64,000 nt of DNA, from NCBI GenBank assembly GCA_963735185.1, contig CAVTJV010000007.1, positions 1,343,009 through 1,407,008 of the forward strand, in the 5' to 3' direction. Each line of letters starts with the position of its first letter. The first letter of the stretch is position 1. This stretch comes from an uncultured Thermoplasmata archaeon (GTDB lineage Archaea; Thermoplasmatota; Thermoplasmata; Lutacidiplasmatales; UBA184). The notes below the pieces were generated by a model. It saw only the letters and a list, made by a program, of their open reading frames with translations, was not told where the DNA came from and did no database searches. Positions 8,994 through 18,118 of the stretch are shown here, one piece after another. Made by a program: the position numbers and the translations under genes.

Positions 8994-9436
8994 AGCGGAC
9001 CGGACGTAAGGGTCGCCGGACCGGGGCGATGGTGCGGATTGCCCGCGAGCGGGTCTCCAACCTGTTCGGTCTCGCCGAGCGGGAGGCTCGCGGCGCGCAC
9101 CCTGAGCTTGCGGACCGGTACGTGGCGCTGGCGCGACGCATCGGGATGCGCTACAACGTACGCCTCCGACAGGAGTACCGGGAGCTCTACTGCCGCGCGT
9201 GTTCGGCGTTCTGGGTAGAGGGTCGGACCGTCCGGACCCGGCTCCGGTCGGGGTCCCGGGTCCGGACCTGCCTGCGGTGTGGGTACCAGCGCCGGACCCC
9301 CTCCGCCCGGCGGACAGCTCCCACCCCGCCGCCTGCCCACTCGGACCCCCGAGAGCTCCGGCGGGACGAAGGAGCGCTCTCGATCCCGATTGCGGACGAA
9401 GGCGACCTCGTGGACGAGGAGACGGAAGAAGAATAA
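8972..9436 (+). CDS. rnp4: RNase P protein component 4 (Rpp21/Rnp4)
   Basis: IARERVSNLFGLAEREA...LADRYVALARRIGMRYNVRL...YCRACSAFWVEGRTVRTRL...TCLRCG matches the Rpp21 zinc-ribbon architecture. An alternative start is M at 9029. Confidence 0.85.
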   Translation: MPATSIVKRTGRKGRRTGAMVRIARERVSNLFGLAEREARGAHPELADRYVALARRIGMRYNVRLRQEYRELYCRACSAFWVEGRTVRTRLRSGSRVRTCLRCGYQRRTPSARRTAPTPPPAHSDPRELRRDEGALSIPIADEGDLVDEETEEE

Positions 9437-9463
9437 GGCCCGTCAGCTCCTCGCGTCGACAGC

Positions 9464-9546
9464 GCCGGGGTGGCCGAGCGGCCAAAGGCGGCAGACTCAA
9501 GATCTGCTCTCGCAGGAGTTCCCAGGTTCGAATCCTGGCCCCGGCA
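9464..9546 (+). tRNA. tRNA-Leu (anticodon CAA), class II with long variable arm
   Basis: Acceptor GCCGGGG/CCCCGGC with discriminator A. Anticodon stem GCAGA/TCTGC around loop CTCAAGA. Variable arm is CTCGCAGGAGTTC. T-arm is CCAGG-TTCGAAT-CCTGG. Confidence 0.9.
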
Positions 9547-9618
9547 CTGAACCTCCCTTCCTCCCTCTCCCGACCAGTGGGGCTGGGTGCAACGGCTGTC
9601 GCACACACCTGAGCCGAG

Positions 9619-10020
9619 TTAGGGGGCGGGCCCCTTCCCTACATGACGTAACACGAGCTCATTGCCATCCGGATCGGCAAAGACGCCCAAAGTGACAGTT
9701 CCCATCGGATTGACGAAGGTTCTTGGCTCGTTGACAATCGATCCACCCCGCTTCAGAATCTCGTCACAAGCAGCTCTTGGGTCATGATGCGAGAAGACGA
9801 TCCCCGAGACAGTCCCGGGTTCGCGGCCCCCTTCGTCATCTCCCATGATATGCATCGCTATAACCGTCGAAGTTCCAGGAATCGCATATGCCGCCCGAGG
9901 CACGGTCGGCATGTAAGAAACTTCCTTGAGACCCAGCACCTCGGAGTAAAATCTCCGTGCACGCTGAATATCTCGAATGTGAACCGTAACCGCTTCCATT
10001 CCCTCGATTACGTCAGACAT
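9619..10020 (-). CDS. VOC family protein (glyoxalase/bleomycin-resistance fold)
   Basis: 133 aa. VHIRDIQRARRFYSEVLGL and FADPDGNELVL motifs. GC is visibly lower than in the flanking 0-9.5 kb. Confidence 0.7.
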   Translation of the reverse strand: MSDVIEGMEAVTVHIRDIQRARRFYSEVLGLKEVSYMPTVPRAAYAIPGTSTVIAMHIMGDDEGGREPGTVSGIVFSHHDPRAACDEILKRGGSIVNEPRTFVNPMGTVTLGVFADPDGNELVLRHVGKGPAP

Positions 10021-10252
10021 TACTGGCTCCGGGCTAACCGTAACAATGATCGGTTATAGCGCTCGACGACGCGTGATTGAGCTTCGCCGTCCTCAGTTTT
10101 GACGGTCTCTGCTCGCGGTCGCCGATTTGGCTTTCCGGAATGCCCCCGCTCGATGCGGGTGCAATGGTCAGTATACCCACTCTTGACCGAGGAACGGGCC
10201 ACTATCGGCTCACGAGTGTCCGATCGGAGACCCTCGGCGACCAGACAGCCGA

Positions 10253-11443
10253 TCACCGCACCGTCGAGAGCAGCTTTCCTGACCTGATGACGTAAAGTAT
10301 GTTCTCCGGAGCCAGCGCCTCAATATCTTCGGCAGGGTTGCCTTTCACGATTATTGCGTCCGCCCGGAAGCCTGCCTTCAGCATGCCGCTCTTCTCAAGG
10401 CCGAGGCACTCGGCCGCCCGGGACGTAGCCGTGATCAGCGCCTCCCGGTTCCCCAGGAACTTTGCCTCGGCCACGATCTCCTCGTAGTTCCGGCCATGAG
10501 GCCGGGCCGCATCCCCTACGATGTCCGACCCCATCACCACCTTCACCCCGTGTTCCTTCGCGATCACCATATCTTCGGAGAGGTGGCGCTTCACCATCTC
10601 GTTGTACCGGTTCTTGTAGGCAGGATTGCTGTACGTCACGAGGGTCGGAACGTAGTAGATCCCCTTCCTCGCTATCATGCGGGCGATCGCTGACGTGAGT
10701 CCCAGCCCGTGCTCGATGGAGTCTACCCCCGCGTCGACAACGTTCTTGAGCGCCTCCTCGCCGTAGGCGTGGGCCGCCACCTTGAGGTCAAGGCGCCTCG
10801 ACTCGTCCACGATGGCTTCGAGCTCTTCGTTCGTGAAGTTGGGTTTGATCCTCCCTCCTCGTGAGAAGGCCCCCGAGGCGTAGAGCTTCACCACCTTCCC
10901 GCCGTCTCTCGCCACCTTCCGGACCGCTTTCCGGCACTCCCAGGGGCCGTCACAGAAGTAGGTGTACGACGCCAGCTGCTGTGCCAGCTCGAGTGGGAAG
11001 CCCGGAGGATCGTCGTCCTCCCCGGTCTGGGCGAGAGCCCTCGAGCAGGAGACGACTTCAGGACCCTCGATGGAACCCTCCGCGACCGCCTGGGCGAGGT
11101 GAACTCCCCCCTTGGTCCCGAGTTCCCGGACAGCGGTGAACCCTGAGCTAAGGAGCCGCCTCAGGTCCCCGGCCCCTCGGAGCGCGGCCAATGTGTCCGG
11201 GACGGACGCCCATGCGGTTACCCCTTCGCCCTTGGCGGAGTAGAAATGGACGTGGGCGTCAATGAGTCCGGGGAGGATCGTGGCGTCTTCGGACTCGAGC
11301 TTCCTGGCTCCGCGGGGCTCCTCCACCTCTCCCCTCTCGCCAAAGCGTTCGATGAGTCCGTTGTCGGTGTCAATCTTCACGACCGCAGACTTGTGGAAGT
11401 TCCTTCCGTCAAAGGCCCTGCCCCGGAATATCAGAGTCGACAT
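10253..11443 (-). CDS. Amidohydrolase family metal-dependent hydrolase
   Basis: PGLIDAHVHF metal-binding motif, plus later KVAAHAYG, SIEHG and GSD motifs of the amidohydrolase superfamily. Confidence 0.8.
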   Translation of the reverse strand: MSTLIFRGRAFDGRNFHKSAVVKIDTDNGLIERFGERGEVEEPRGARKLESEDATILPGLIDAHVHFYSAKGEGVTAWASVPDTLAALRGAGDLRRLLSSGFTAVRELGTKGGVHLAQAVAEGSIEGPEVVSCSRALAQTGEDDDPPGFPLELAQQLASYTYFCDGPWECRKAVRKVARDGGKVVKLYASGAFSRGGRIKPNFTNEELEAIVDESRRLDLKVAAHAYGEEALKNVVDAGVDSIEHGLGLTSAIARMIARKGIYYVPTLVTYSNPAYKNRYNEMVKRHLSEDMVIAKEHGVKVVMGSDIVGDAARPHGRNYEEIVAEAKFLGNREALITATSRAAECLGLEKSGMLKAGFRADAIIVKGNPAEDIEALAPENILYVIRSGKLLSTVR

Positions 11444-11645
11444 CGGTATCTCCGGCCAACCAGCAACCGCCGGTTCGTATTTGTCTATGGGCGCGCACGG
11501 GCCTGAGCGGGCAGCACGGCGACCTCGAGGGAGAAATCAATCGGCGAAACCGGTAGTGGAGGCCGCCGACCAACGAGGCGGAGATAGGTGCAAGAGTCGT
11601 TTCACCAGCTTCACGAATGGTAAGCTGATTCCGAGAACCTGAAGG

Positions 11646-12155
11646 TCAGCGTCTCTTCGAAGCCGGGGAGTACTTTTGGGTCCACGAATCGGACAGTTCG
11701 TCTCGCCCTGGTTTGTACACTTCCTCGTAGAAGCGTCGCCGCGACTCAAGGGTGGCCCGATCGACCTCTCCCACGATGCGAACCGCCTCGTCCCAGGCGG
11801 CCCGGAAGTTCTCCTTGGTTCCGAAGCGGGACGTTACTTGTCGTGCGAATCTGTCGACCGTCTGGTCCTCGCCACCGATGGTGAAGATGATTCCCTTTGC
11901 ATACGGGTCCCGGAACGCCTCGTCGTCACCGAGGCGGAAGACTTCGGCGGAGGGAGCCGTGGACGGCTTGCCTGCCTCCTCGCCGATCTTGCTGGACGCC
12001 TCTCGAAACCCCTGCTTCGCGGCGGCGAAGAAGATGGCTCTGTTCAACCCCCAGGATAGGGCGGAGTCGTGCGGCAGCCCAAGCGACTCGGCGCGAGCCG
12101 CCTGCAGCATCGCCATCACCACAAACCGAGTGACCCGTCCTTGATTCCTTACCAT
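11646..12155 (-). CDS. Hypothetical protein (169 aa, no family recognised)
   Basis: Protein-like composition and codon periodicity, with no motif I can name. Confidence 0.45.
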   Translation of the reverse strand: MVRNQGRVTRFVVMAMLQAARAESLGLPHDSALSWGLNRAIFFAAAKQGFREASSKIGEEAGKPSTAPSAEVFRLGDDEAFRDPYAKGIIFTIGGEDQTVDRFARQVTSRFGTKENFRAAWDEAVRIVGEVDRATLESRRRFYEEVYKPGRDELSDSWTQKYSPASKRR

Positions 12156-12301
12156 GAGGATTACAATCCGTTGCCTCGAGCCGCCTCGTCAGGGTACGCG
12201 AAAGTCGATATCACTTCCTCGACATGAGGGAGGCAGTGCGGGATCGGACACGAATCCCGCGTCACGCCGACTTCCATGTCCCGGCACGCATGCAGAAAGT
12301 G

Positions 12302-12384
12302 GGTGCAATCAACCTTGCGGGGGAGCCCCCGCAATCAACCTTGCACCCAGCGGATGCAAGACTGGGTGTAACACCGCTTGCACG
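12302..12384. repeat. Intergenic repeat module (family 2): GGTGCAATCAACCTTGC, a GC hairpin, then CAATCAACCTTGCACCCAGCGGATGCAAG...GGTGTAACACCGCTTGCAC
   Basis: The 14-nt direct repeat GCAATCAACCTTGC sits at 12305-12318 and 12331-12344, flanking the perfect hairpin TTGCGGGGG-AG-CCCCCGCAA (12315-12334). The module is homologous to 18010-18118, about 70% identical by eye over 44 nt. Confidence 0.7.
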
Positions 12385-12450
12385 TTGCCCGGTTGAGTGC
12401 CTTGCCTGTTGCACCCACCGATCAATCTCGGGCAGCAGGTTGTCACAAGG

Positions 12451-12936
12451 TCACAAACAGGCAACCGTCTCCTCGGAGATGAATACCCAGGCTTCTGTGG
12501 GTCCGGGATTAGCCGTCCAGATGCCGTATCCACCGCCATGGGCTAGCTCGATCGCGTTCTGGCCGGTCAAGCTCGGGCCCGCAGCCCACAGGATGCTGGA
12601 GAAGTACGGAGTTCCATTCTGGATCACGACGCCCGCACCGCCAGGTATGACCCAGAGGTCGACTGGATTCGTGGCATTAAACTCGACGAAGAGGAATAGA
12701 CAACTGTTGTTCGTCCCGGTCCCCTCACCGAACCCGATCGAGTCTGGAGCGATCTTCCCATTCGACCCTAGACCGAACGGGTAGGCCGAAGGCCAAGGAG
12801 GCTGGAGGCTCGACGTGCTCCGGGGAGCCGCGAAGACGCCCGCAACGACAGCGACGGCCATAATCACGCCAACCGCCACAGAGAACGCAGATCGCCAGGG
12901 GTTACCAGAGCTCGGAGGGCGTCGTGCCTCCGCCAT
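12451..12936 (-). CDS. Hypothetical membrane-anchored or secreted protein
   Basis: N-terminal hydrophobic anchor AFSVAVGVIMAVAVVAGVFAA followed by a G/N/T-rich, beta-like domain. Confidence 0.5.
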   Translation of the reverse strand: MAEARRPPSSGNPWRSAFSVAVGVIMAVAVVAGVFAAPRSTSSLQPPWPSAYPFGLGSNGKIAPDSIGFGEGTGTNNSCLFLFVEFNATNPVDLWVIPGGAGVVIQNGTPYFSSILWAAGPSLTGQNAIELAHGGGYGIWTANPGPTEAWVFISEETVACL

Positions 12937-13010
12937 CTGAACGTCTCAGAAGCTGAATCGGTCGGCATCTGTTAAGGATTGCGTCCTGTATCCCCGGGCG
13001 CATGAAATGA

Positions 13011-13085
13011 GTGCAACAACTGTTGCACCCACTCGGTTGATAGGTCAATGAACCCCCCATTAGACAACCCCCTCCTTAGAAATCG
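13011..13085 (+). repeat. Dispersed repeat, family 1, copy A
   Basis: Palindrome TGCAAC-aact-GTTGCA (13012-13027). GTTGCACCC at 13022-13030, a 19-nt spacer, GAACCCCCC at 13050-13058, TAGACAACCCCCTCC at 13061-13075, then ttAGAAATCG. Similarity to copy C continues to about 13140. Confidence 0.75.
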
Positions 13086-13467
13086 TTCCGAGCCTTTGGA
13101 CCGCTGCGATCCTTGAATCAACGGGCCCGTTGAGCACAGTGCGTGGGAGGCCTTCCCGAAACCGACGGGGGCGTCGCGGGATTCGGCAGAGTCCTCCTCT
13201 GACGCCCCAAGCCTCAGAAAAGGCCCTTCGCAGGTCCCAAACCGCACTTGCGCCCGCCCTGAGCCCATCCGAGGGCTGGGAAGACCCTCTGTCAGGAGCT
13301 CTGTAACGAAGGGCCGGGCTCTCCACGCGGCTGTGCCTCGAAATCCTCCTCTGCCTCGATGGAAGGGGGCTCGTCGTGGTCTACGAGGTGTCGATAGGAG
13401 TTAGCTCAACTGGGCATGCGCCTCCAGCCCAGTCGTTCATCTACCAGAACATCGCCTCAAGTTAGAG

Positions 13468-14937
13468 ATGACCAGCGTCGGCCCGTCGCGCGCGCAAGCC
13501 AAACGCATCGGACCAACCCTGGTTCCCGACCGCTCGCGAGTGCTCATGCGCCCCTTCTATCCCGCCAACGACGACATCGCCCGCAGAATCGTCGCCCGCG
13601 TCATGACCCTTTCAGATGAAGCGGTCGCCCAACTGCTGGGTCAATTGATGGGCGAGTTTGCGGACCGACACGAGAACGCTGAAAGAACCTTCCGCGACCG
13701 CTTCGTGGAGGTGCGCCACTACCTGAACGAGACGTGGAACCCTTCGGCGGAGCGGCAGGCGCTCATCGGCTCGTATTTCACGCACGAATACTCCCCAGAG
13801 TCCGCGGCTCTGTTCAATCCATCCATTGTACCACATCCGGAACAGACCGGACTTCCTAAGGGTGCGCTCCGTTTCATCCTGAGTTTGCGGGCCACGGGCG
13901 AAGGGCACATTTCCTCTATCCGGTTCCGCGTCGGCGTTGTCAGCGCGCGGAATCGGATCACCCTCACGCGGCCTGCGCGGTTCGCCATGGAACCAAAGCG
14001 TGTGCCGGACGCGGTCTACGACAAACCTCTGTTTACGCGTAGACTTCAGGAAGCCGATGTGCAGAACGACTTTTGTCAGCGAGTGCTGGATCAACTTCCG
14101 GAGACTTTCGTCCTAGACGACCTACATCGCGTCCTGACAGCGGAGCGCCGGAAGACGGACCCGGCCGACGCCACAGCTGACCGTGCCGGGCGTGGGATCA
14201 TGCTGTTGGCCGAGTCGAACTACGAAGCGAACTTCGCTTCCGCCAGCGATATCTCGCAGCGGGTCATCTTTCCATCCACGACCAGCCAGCGCAACGGCAT
14301 CGAGGACGCTCGCTTCGTCCGCTTCGAGAACGAGGACGGCAGTTTCACCTACTACGCCACCTACACCGCCTTCGACGGCAAGATCACCCTTCCGCAATTG
14401 CTGGAGACGCCGAACTTTGTCCACTTCAAGTTCAGCACGCTCAATGGCCCCGCCGTGCAGAACAAGGGAATGGCGCTGTTCCCACGCAAGATCAAGGGCC
14501 ATTACGTCATGCTCTCGCGCCAGGACGACGAGAACATTTTCATCATGTTTTCCGACAACATCCATTTCTGGGAAAAGCCCGAGCTGTTACTCTCGCCCTC
14601 GCAGCCGTGGGAGTTCTTTAAGATGGGCAACTGCGGCTCACCCATTGAAACCAAAGCGGGTTGGCTTGTCATCAGCCACGGCGTCGGCGGCATGCGCAAG
14701 TATTGCCTCGGCGCGTTCGTACTCGACTTAAACGACCCCACCCGCGTGATTGGCCGCCTGCGCGAACCTTTGCTGTGCCCGAACGAATCAGAGCGGGAAG
14801 GCTATGTTCCGAACGTCGTCTACACGTGCGGCGCGCTGCTGCACGGACGCGAACTCGTCATCCCTTACGCGATGAGCGATTCCGCCACAAAGTTTGCCAC
14901 CGTGCCGCTAGATGAGCTGTTGGCCGCGATGGAATAG
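13468..14937 (+). CDS. GH130 family glycosidase / beta-mannoside phosphorylase-like protein (PH1107-related) with a roughly 200-aa N-terminal extension
   Basis: The C-terminal 290 aa carry NGIEDARFVRF, YYATYTAFDG, NKGMALFPRK, GSPIETKAGWLVISHGVG, YCLGAFVLDL and YVPNVVYTCG, all typical of GH130 (PF04041). Confidence 0.75.
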   Translation: MTSVGPSRAQAKRIGPTLVPDRSRVLMRPFYPANDDIARRIVARVMTLSDEAVAQLLGQLMGEFADRHENAERTFRDRFVEVRHYLNETWNPSAERQALIGSYFTHEYSPESAALFNPSIVPHPEQTGLPKGALRFILSLRATGEGHISSIRFRVGVVSARNRITLTRPARFAMEPKRVPDAVYDKPLFTRRLQEADVQNDFCQRVLDQLPETFVLDDLHRVLTAERRKTDPADATADRAGRGIMLLAESNYEANFASASDISQRVIFPSTTSQRNGIEDARFVRFENEDGSFTYYATYTAFDGKITLPQLLETPNFVHFKFSTLNGPAVQNKGMALFPRKIKGHYVMLSRQDDENIFIMFSDNIHFWEKPELLLSPSQPWEFFKMGNCGSPIETKAGWLVISHGVGGMRKYCLGAFVLDLNDPTRVIGRLREPLLCPNESEREGYVPNVVYTCGALLHGRELVIPYAMSDSATKFATVPLDELLAAME

Positions 14938-15331
14938 TCCGCCCGGTATTCCAGGACCGGCAATGTTGCCGCAACCAGATCGTTTCTGGGACAGATTCTA
15001 GGCGTGTCTTGCTTCCGTAGCTATGTCTATGCCAAACTCCAAGGAAGATCAAGCTGATCATCCACGGCTCGACGGTAATTGCATCGAGGGTGCAGCTTCC
15101 CATCTCTTCTATGAGTCCTGCGTTCAGCAGAAAGTCGAGCATAGGGATGGAGCGCGTCGTTGGTTAGGATGGCTCCGAACAGGGCCGGGGGTGGGGGTTC
15201 CTCCCCAACCCTATTGGGCGCTCTTCGGCCTGCTCCGGAACGAGCTGGTTCCTCGGTCTCGAGCCATGGGAAAGTAGCGGCCTAAGAGAACGAGAGCGGT
15301 TGGACGCCTCCCGTCGATTGACCCAGGACGA

Positions 15332-17608
15332 TCAGGTGCCCGTGGGTTCCTTGAAGCTAGCGATAGTGTTCTGGAGCGCTTCCATCTCCGCGAGTGCAAG
15401 CAAGAAGGCAAGCGTGGACTCGGCACCCTGGTTTTGGCTCAGACGGTCCACATGCAATCCGTCCCGACAGCCACCGGTGGTCGAATCGTAGAGTGCCAGT
15501 CCCAAGTCGTTTCGACCGAGAAACCATTCGAACGCGCGCCATGCTTCGGCAACCCAAGACGCGTCGCTCGTTGCGCGATACGCCTCGATGCAGGCAGAAA
15601 CCGTTGCTTGTGCTTCAATGGGTTGCTGATCAAAGATCGCACGTTCCTTGCCACGCGGGAAGAATCCGTTTGAGCCGATGGGCCGGAAGGAGCCCGCATC
15701 CGAGGTCTGAATATTGGTCAGCCACCGCAAGGCCGTGAGGCCGAGTTCCAGCATCGTTCCGTCATTCATACAGCGTCCGCTGAGGATCATCGCGTGCGCC
15801 AGTTTAGCGTTGGCATAAGAGACCACATCTTCGAACCACTGCCACTCGTCGGTGGCTGTGTCGGCGTAGCGCTGCGTGAGTTTTGCCGAGAGCGATGCAC
15901 GAATCTGTTCCGCTCGCCTGTCGCCGCTCAAGCGTCTCAGGTATTCATCAATGCCGATGAGCGTGTACGCCCAGGCGCGCGGCGAAGTGAACTCGGCGGC
16001 CAAGGGCAGGGCCTGTTCGAACAGTTCGGCCGCCAACATTTGAAAACTATCCTGGCCCGCCTGCGATACGCACAACCCCAGTGCCCACAGCGCGTGACCG
16101 TGGCAATCCTCAGAGCCCACTTCCTCCAGCCAGCGTCGGTCGAAGCTCATGAAGTTGCGAAAGCGCCTGCGCTTGCGGTCGAACGCATGATTCAGAAACG
16201 CGGCGTATATCGCGGCCTGGTCCCCGAGGCGCTGCGATCCGTGGCCTAATCTTCGCAACATCAGCGCTAGCACCAGGGCGCGCGCATTGTCGTCCGTACA
16301 ATAACCTTCGGCGAAGTTCGGCACCGTGAAGCTCGCGTGCTGGAAGATGCCTGTCGAATCACTCATCCGAAACAGGTGGTCGAGCTTCATCGCCGGCAAC
16401 TGGCCAGGCTGTTTGTCGAGCGTTTTGATGGGCGATGATATGTGTCCAATGAAGTTGTAGTCCTGGCGCGCTTGCTCGAAGGACTTCATGTAGAGCTGTG
16501 CCACACGCGTCCACACCATGTCGCGACCCGTCCTGTAGGCGTTCTTTCGCATCGAGTCACGCAACGGCTCATCGCGAAGCAGTTCGACCACAGCCGCCGT
16601 GATGGCCTTGGCATCGCGGAAGGGCACCAACTTGCCGCGCCCCGCGGCCAGCAGCTCCGCCGCGTGCCAGTATGGCGTTGACACCACCGCGTTACCTGCC
16701 CCAAACGCGTAGGCCAACGTGCCCGACGTGATCTGTTCCTCCGTCAGGTAAGGCGTCAGATAAATGTCCGCCGCGCCAAGGAATCGCGTCAACTCCTCCA
16801 GTTCGACGAAGCGGTCGAAGAACACAACATGTTTCCCCATGTGAAGGTCCTTCGCCAGCCGTTCTAGGCTCAGTCGGTAGGCTTCGCCCTCCTGGCGCAG
16901 CACATTCGGGTGCGTCTGCCCCACCACGACATAGACCGTGTTCGGGAATTCCCGGATGATGTCCGGCAACGCACGAAGCGCATACTCAATGCCCTTGTTC
17001 GGCGAGAGCAGGCCGAACGTCAGCAGGACTTGGTTGCCCGTCACGCTGAATTCGTGCTTGAAATAATCCGTGTCCAAGAACGGCATGTCGGGTATGCCGT
17101 GAGGAATCAAGTCAATCTTGGCTGGGGGTGCATGGCTGACATCCAGAAGCAACTCCCGGCCCTTTTCGGTCATGACCACAAGCCGCGTCGAAAGTTGGAT
17201 CAAGTCGTCCATCACGCGTCGCTGCTCGGCGTTGGGCTTGCGGAGAATGGTGTGGAGAGTGGTCACGATGGGCATGCGTAGCTCGCGCAGCAGCGCCAGC
17301 ACATGACTGCCCGCCGGCCCACCGAAAATGCCGAACTCATGCTGTACACAGATGACGTCCACGTCCGTGATGTTGAGGAAATCGGCCGCGCGCAGATAGG
17401 ACGTCAAGTCCTGCTCCGCAATCTCGAAGCGCACCTCGGGTGGGTAATCATAGCCGCCCTCGATGTCATTAACCGGCACGACCGAGCAATGTATCGTCGG
17501 AAACTCCTTCGCGACCGAATTGTACAAGTCGTTCGTGAACGTGGCAATGCCGCATTTGCGCGGCAAGTAGTCGCCGAGAAACGCGATCTTCCGAATGCCC
17601 TGGGTCAC
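15332..17608 (-). CDS. GT4 (group 1) glycosyltransferase fused to a C-terminal alpha-helical domain (758 aa)
   Basis: The N-terminal 400 aa show a GT-B fold pattern (FGLLSPNKGIEY, VVGQTHP, YLTPYLTEEQITSGTLAYAFGAGNAVVSTP). The C-terminal roughly 350 aa are helical, W/A/L-rich and resemble an (alpha/alpha) toroid. Confidence 0.75.
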   Translation of the reverse strand: MTQGIRKIAFLGDYLPRKCGIATFTNDLYNSVAKEFPTIHCSVVPVNDIEGGYDYPPEVRFEIAEQDLTSYLRAADFLNITDVDVICVQHEFGIFGGPAGSHVLALLRELRMPIVTTLHTILRKPNAEQRRVMDDLIQLSTRLVVMTEKGRELLLDVSHAPPAKIDLIPHGIPDMPFLDTDYFKHEFSVTGNQVLLTFGLLSPNKGIEYALRALPDIIREFPNTVYVVVGQTHPNVLRQEGEAYRLSLERLAKDLHMGKHVVFFDRFVELEELTRFLGAADIYLTPYLTEEQITSGTLAYAFGAGNAVVSTPYWHAAELLAAGRGKLVPFRDAKAITAAVVELLRDEPLRDSMRKNAYRTGRDMVWTRVAQLYMKSFEQARQDYNFIGHISSPIKTLDKQPGQLPAMKLDHLFRMSDSTGIFQHASFTVPNFAEGYCTDDNARALVLALMLRRLGHGSQRLGDQAAIYAAFLNHAFDRKRRRFRNFMSFDRRWLEEVGSEDCHGHALWALGLCVSQAGQDSFQMLAAELFEQALPLAAEFTSPRAWAYTLIGIDEYLRRLSGDRRAEQIRASLSAKLTQRYADTATDEWQWFEDVVSYANAKLAHAMILSGRCMNDGTMLELGLTALRWLTNIQTSDAGSFRPIGSNGFFPRGKERAIFDQQPIEAQATVSACIEAYRATSDASWVAEAWRAFEWFLGRNDLGLALYDSTTGGCRDGLHVDRLSQNQGAESTLAFLLALAEMEALQNTIASFKEPTGT

Positions 17609-18009
17609 GAAGGCTTCACATTCGTTTCATCCTTAAAGGACTAGTACGTGACTTCTCACGCCCCAACGTGCGGGAAGAGCTGGGCGCTGCTCTACAGGCT
17701 CAAACAGAGGTACTGATTCCGGGAACCCCTTCCCTCGCCGACGTGAGCCAGCGTCGCCTTGTTGGGCCTGTCTCCTTCTCCGCTGACAAGTGACGTACTC
17801 ATCTCGTGCGGGACCCGCACCTCCGGGACAGGTGAGGCGAATCGCTTGGTTTGGCCCCGCTGGCAGCGAGCCTGGCGGCCGCACCGGCAGGATGGACGCC
17901 GACCTCCATGACGACACGGCGGCCTCGTAGCCATCAACGTAACTGACGTCGCCGCTGGGGTCTCGGCGTCCCACCCCTTTCGGGACAAGCGTAGCGGACG
18001 CAACCCCGA

Positions 18010-18118
18010 GGTGTAATCGACCTTGCAACCACGGCGGCCCATCGCGGGCGCAGTATGAGGGTACAGTGCCGTCTGCACCTAGCGGATGCAGGGTTGGACG
18101 CAACACTACTTGCGACCC
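18010..18118. repeat. Intergenic repeat module (family 2), second copy
   Basis: GGTGTAATCGACCTTGC (18010-18026) and CTGCACCTAGCGGATGCAGGGTTGGACGCAACACTACTTGCGACC (18073-18118) align with 12302-12318 and 12341-12384. Confidence 0.65.

Noticed and set aside
13011-13085. Repeat elements as archaeal origin recognition boxes (ORB with G-string) or as a CRISPR array
   Set aside because: The copies are scattered over 41 kb in both orientations rather than clustered around an AT-rich unwinding element. No orc1/cdc6 gene is present. There are no regularly spaced identical repeats with unique spacers and no cas genes.
12972-13268. Protein-coding interpretation of the repeat family: ORFs 12972..13268 and 41275..41553 share ..ERFLRRGLSNGGF.. 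/ ..DRFLGRGFSKGGY..
   Set aside because: The similarity is a by-product of DNA conservation. The equivalent frame has stop codons in copy B (RFSEEGVVYGGVQ*, preceded by TGA) and copy E (RSSNKGVA*). The ORFs have no start context or other coding features.
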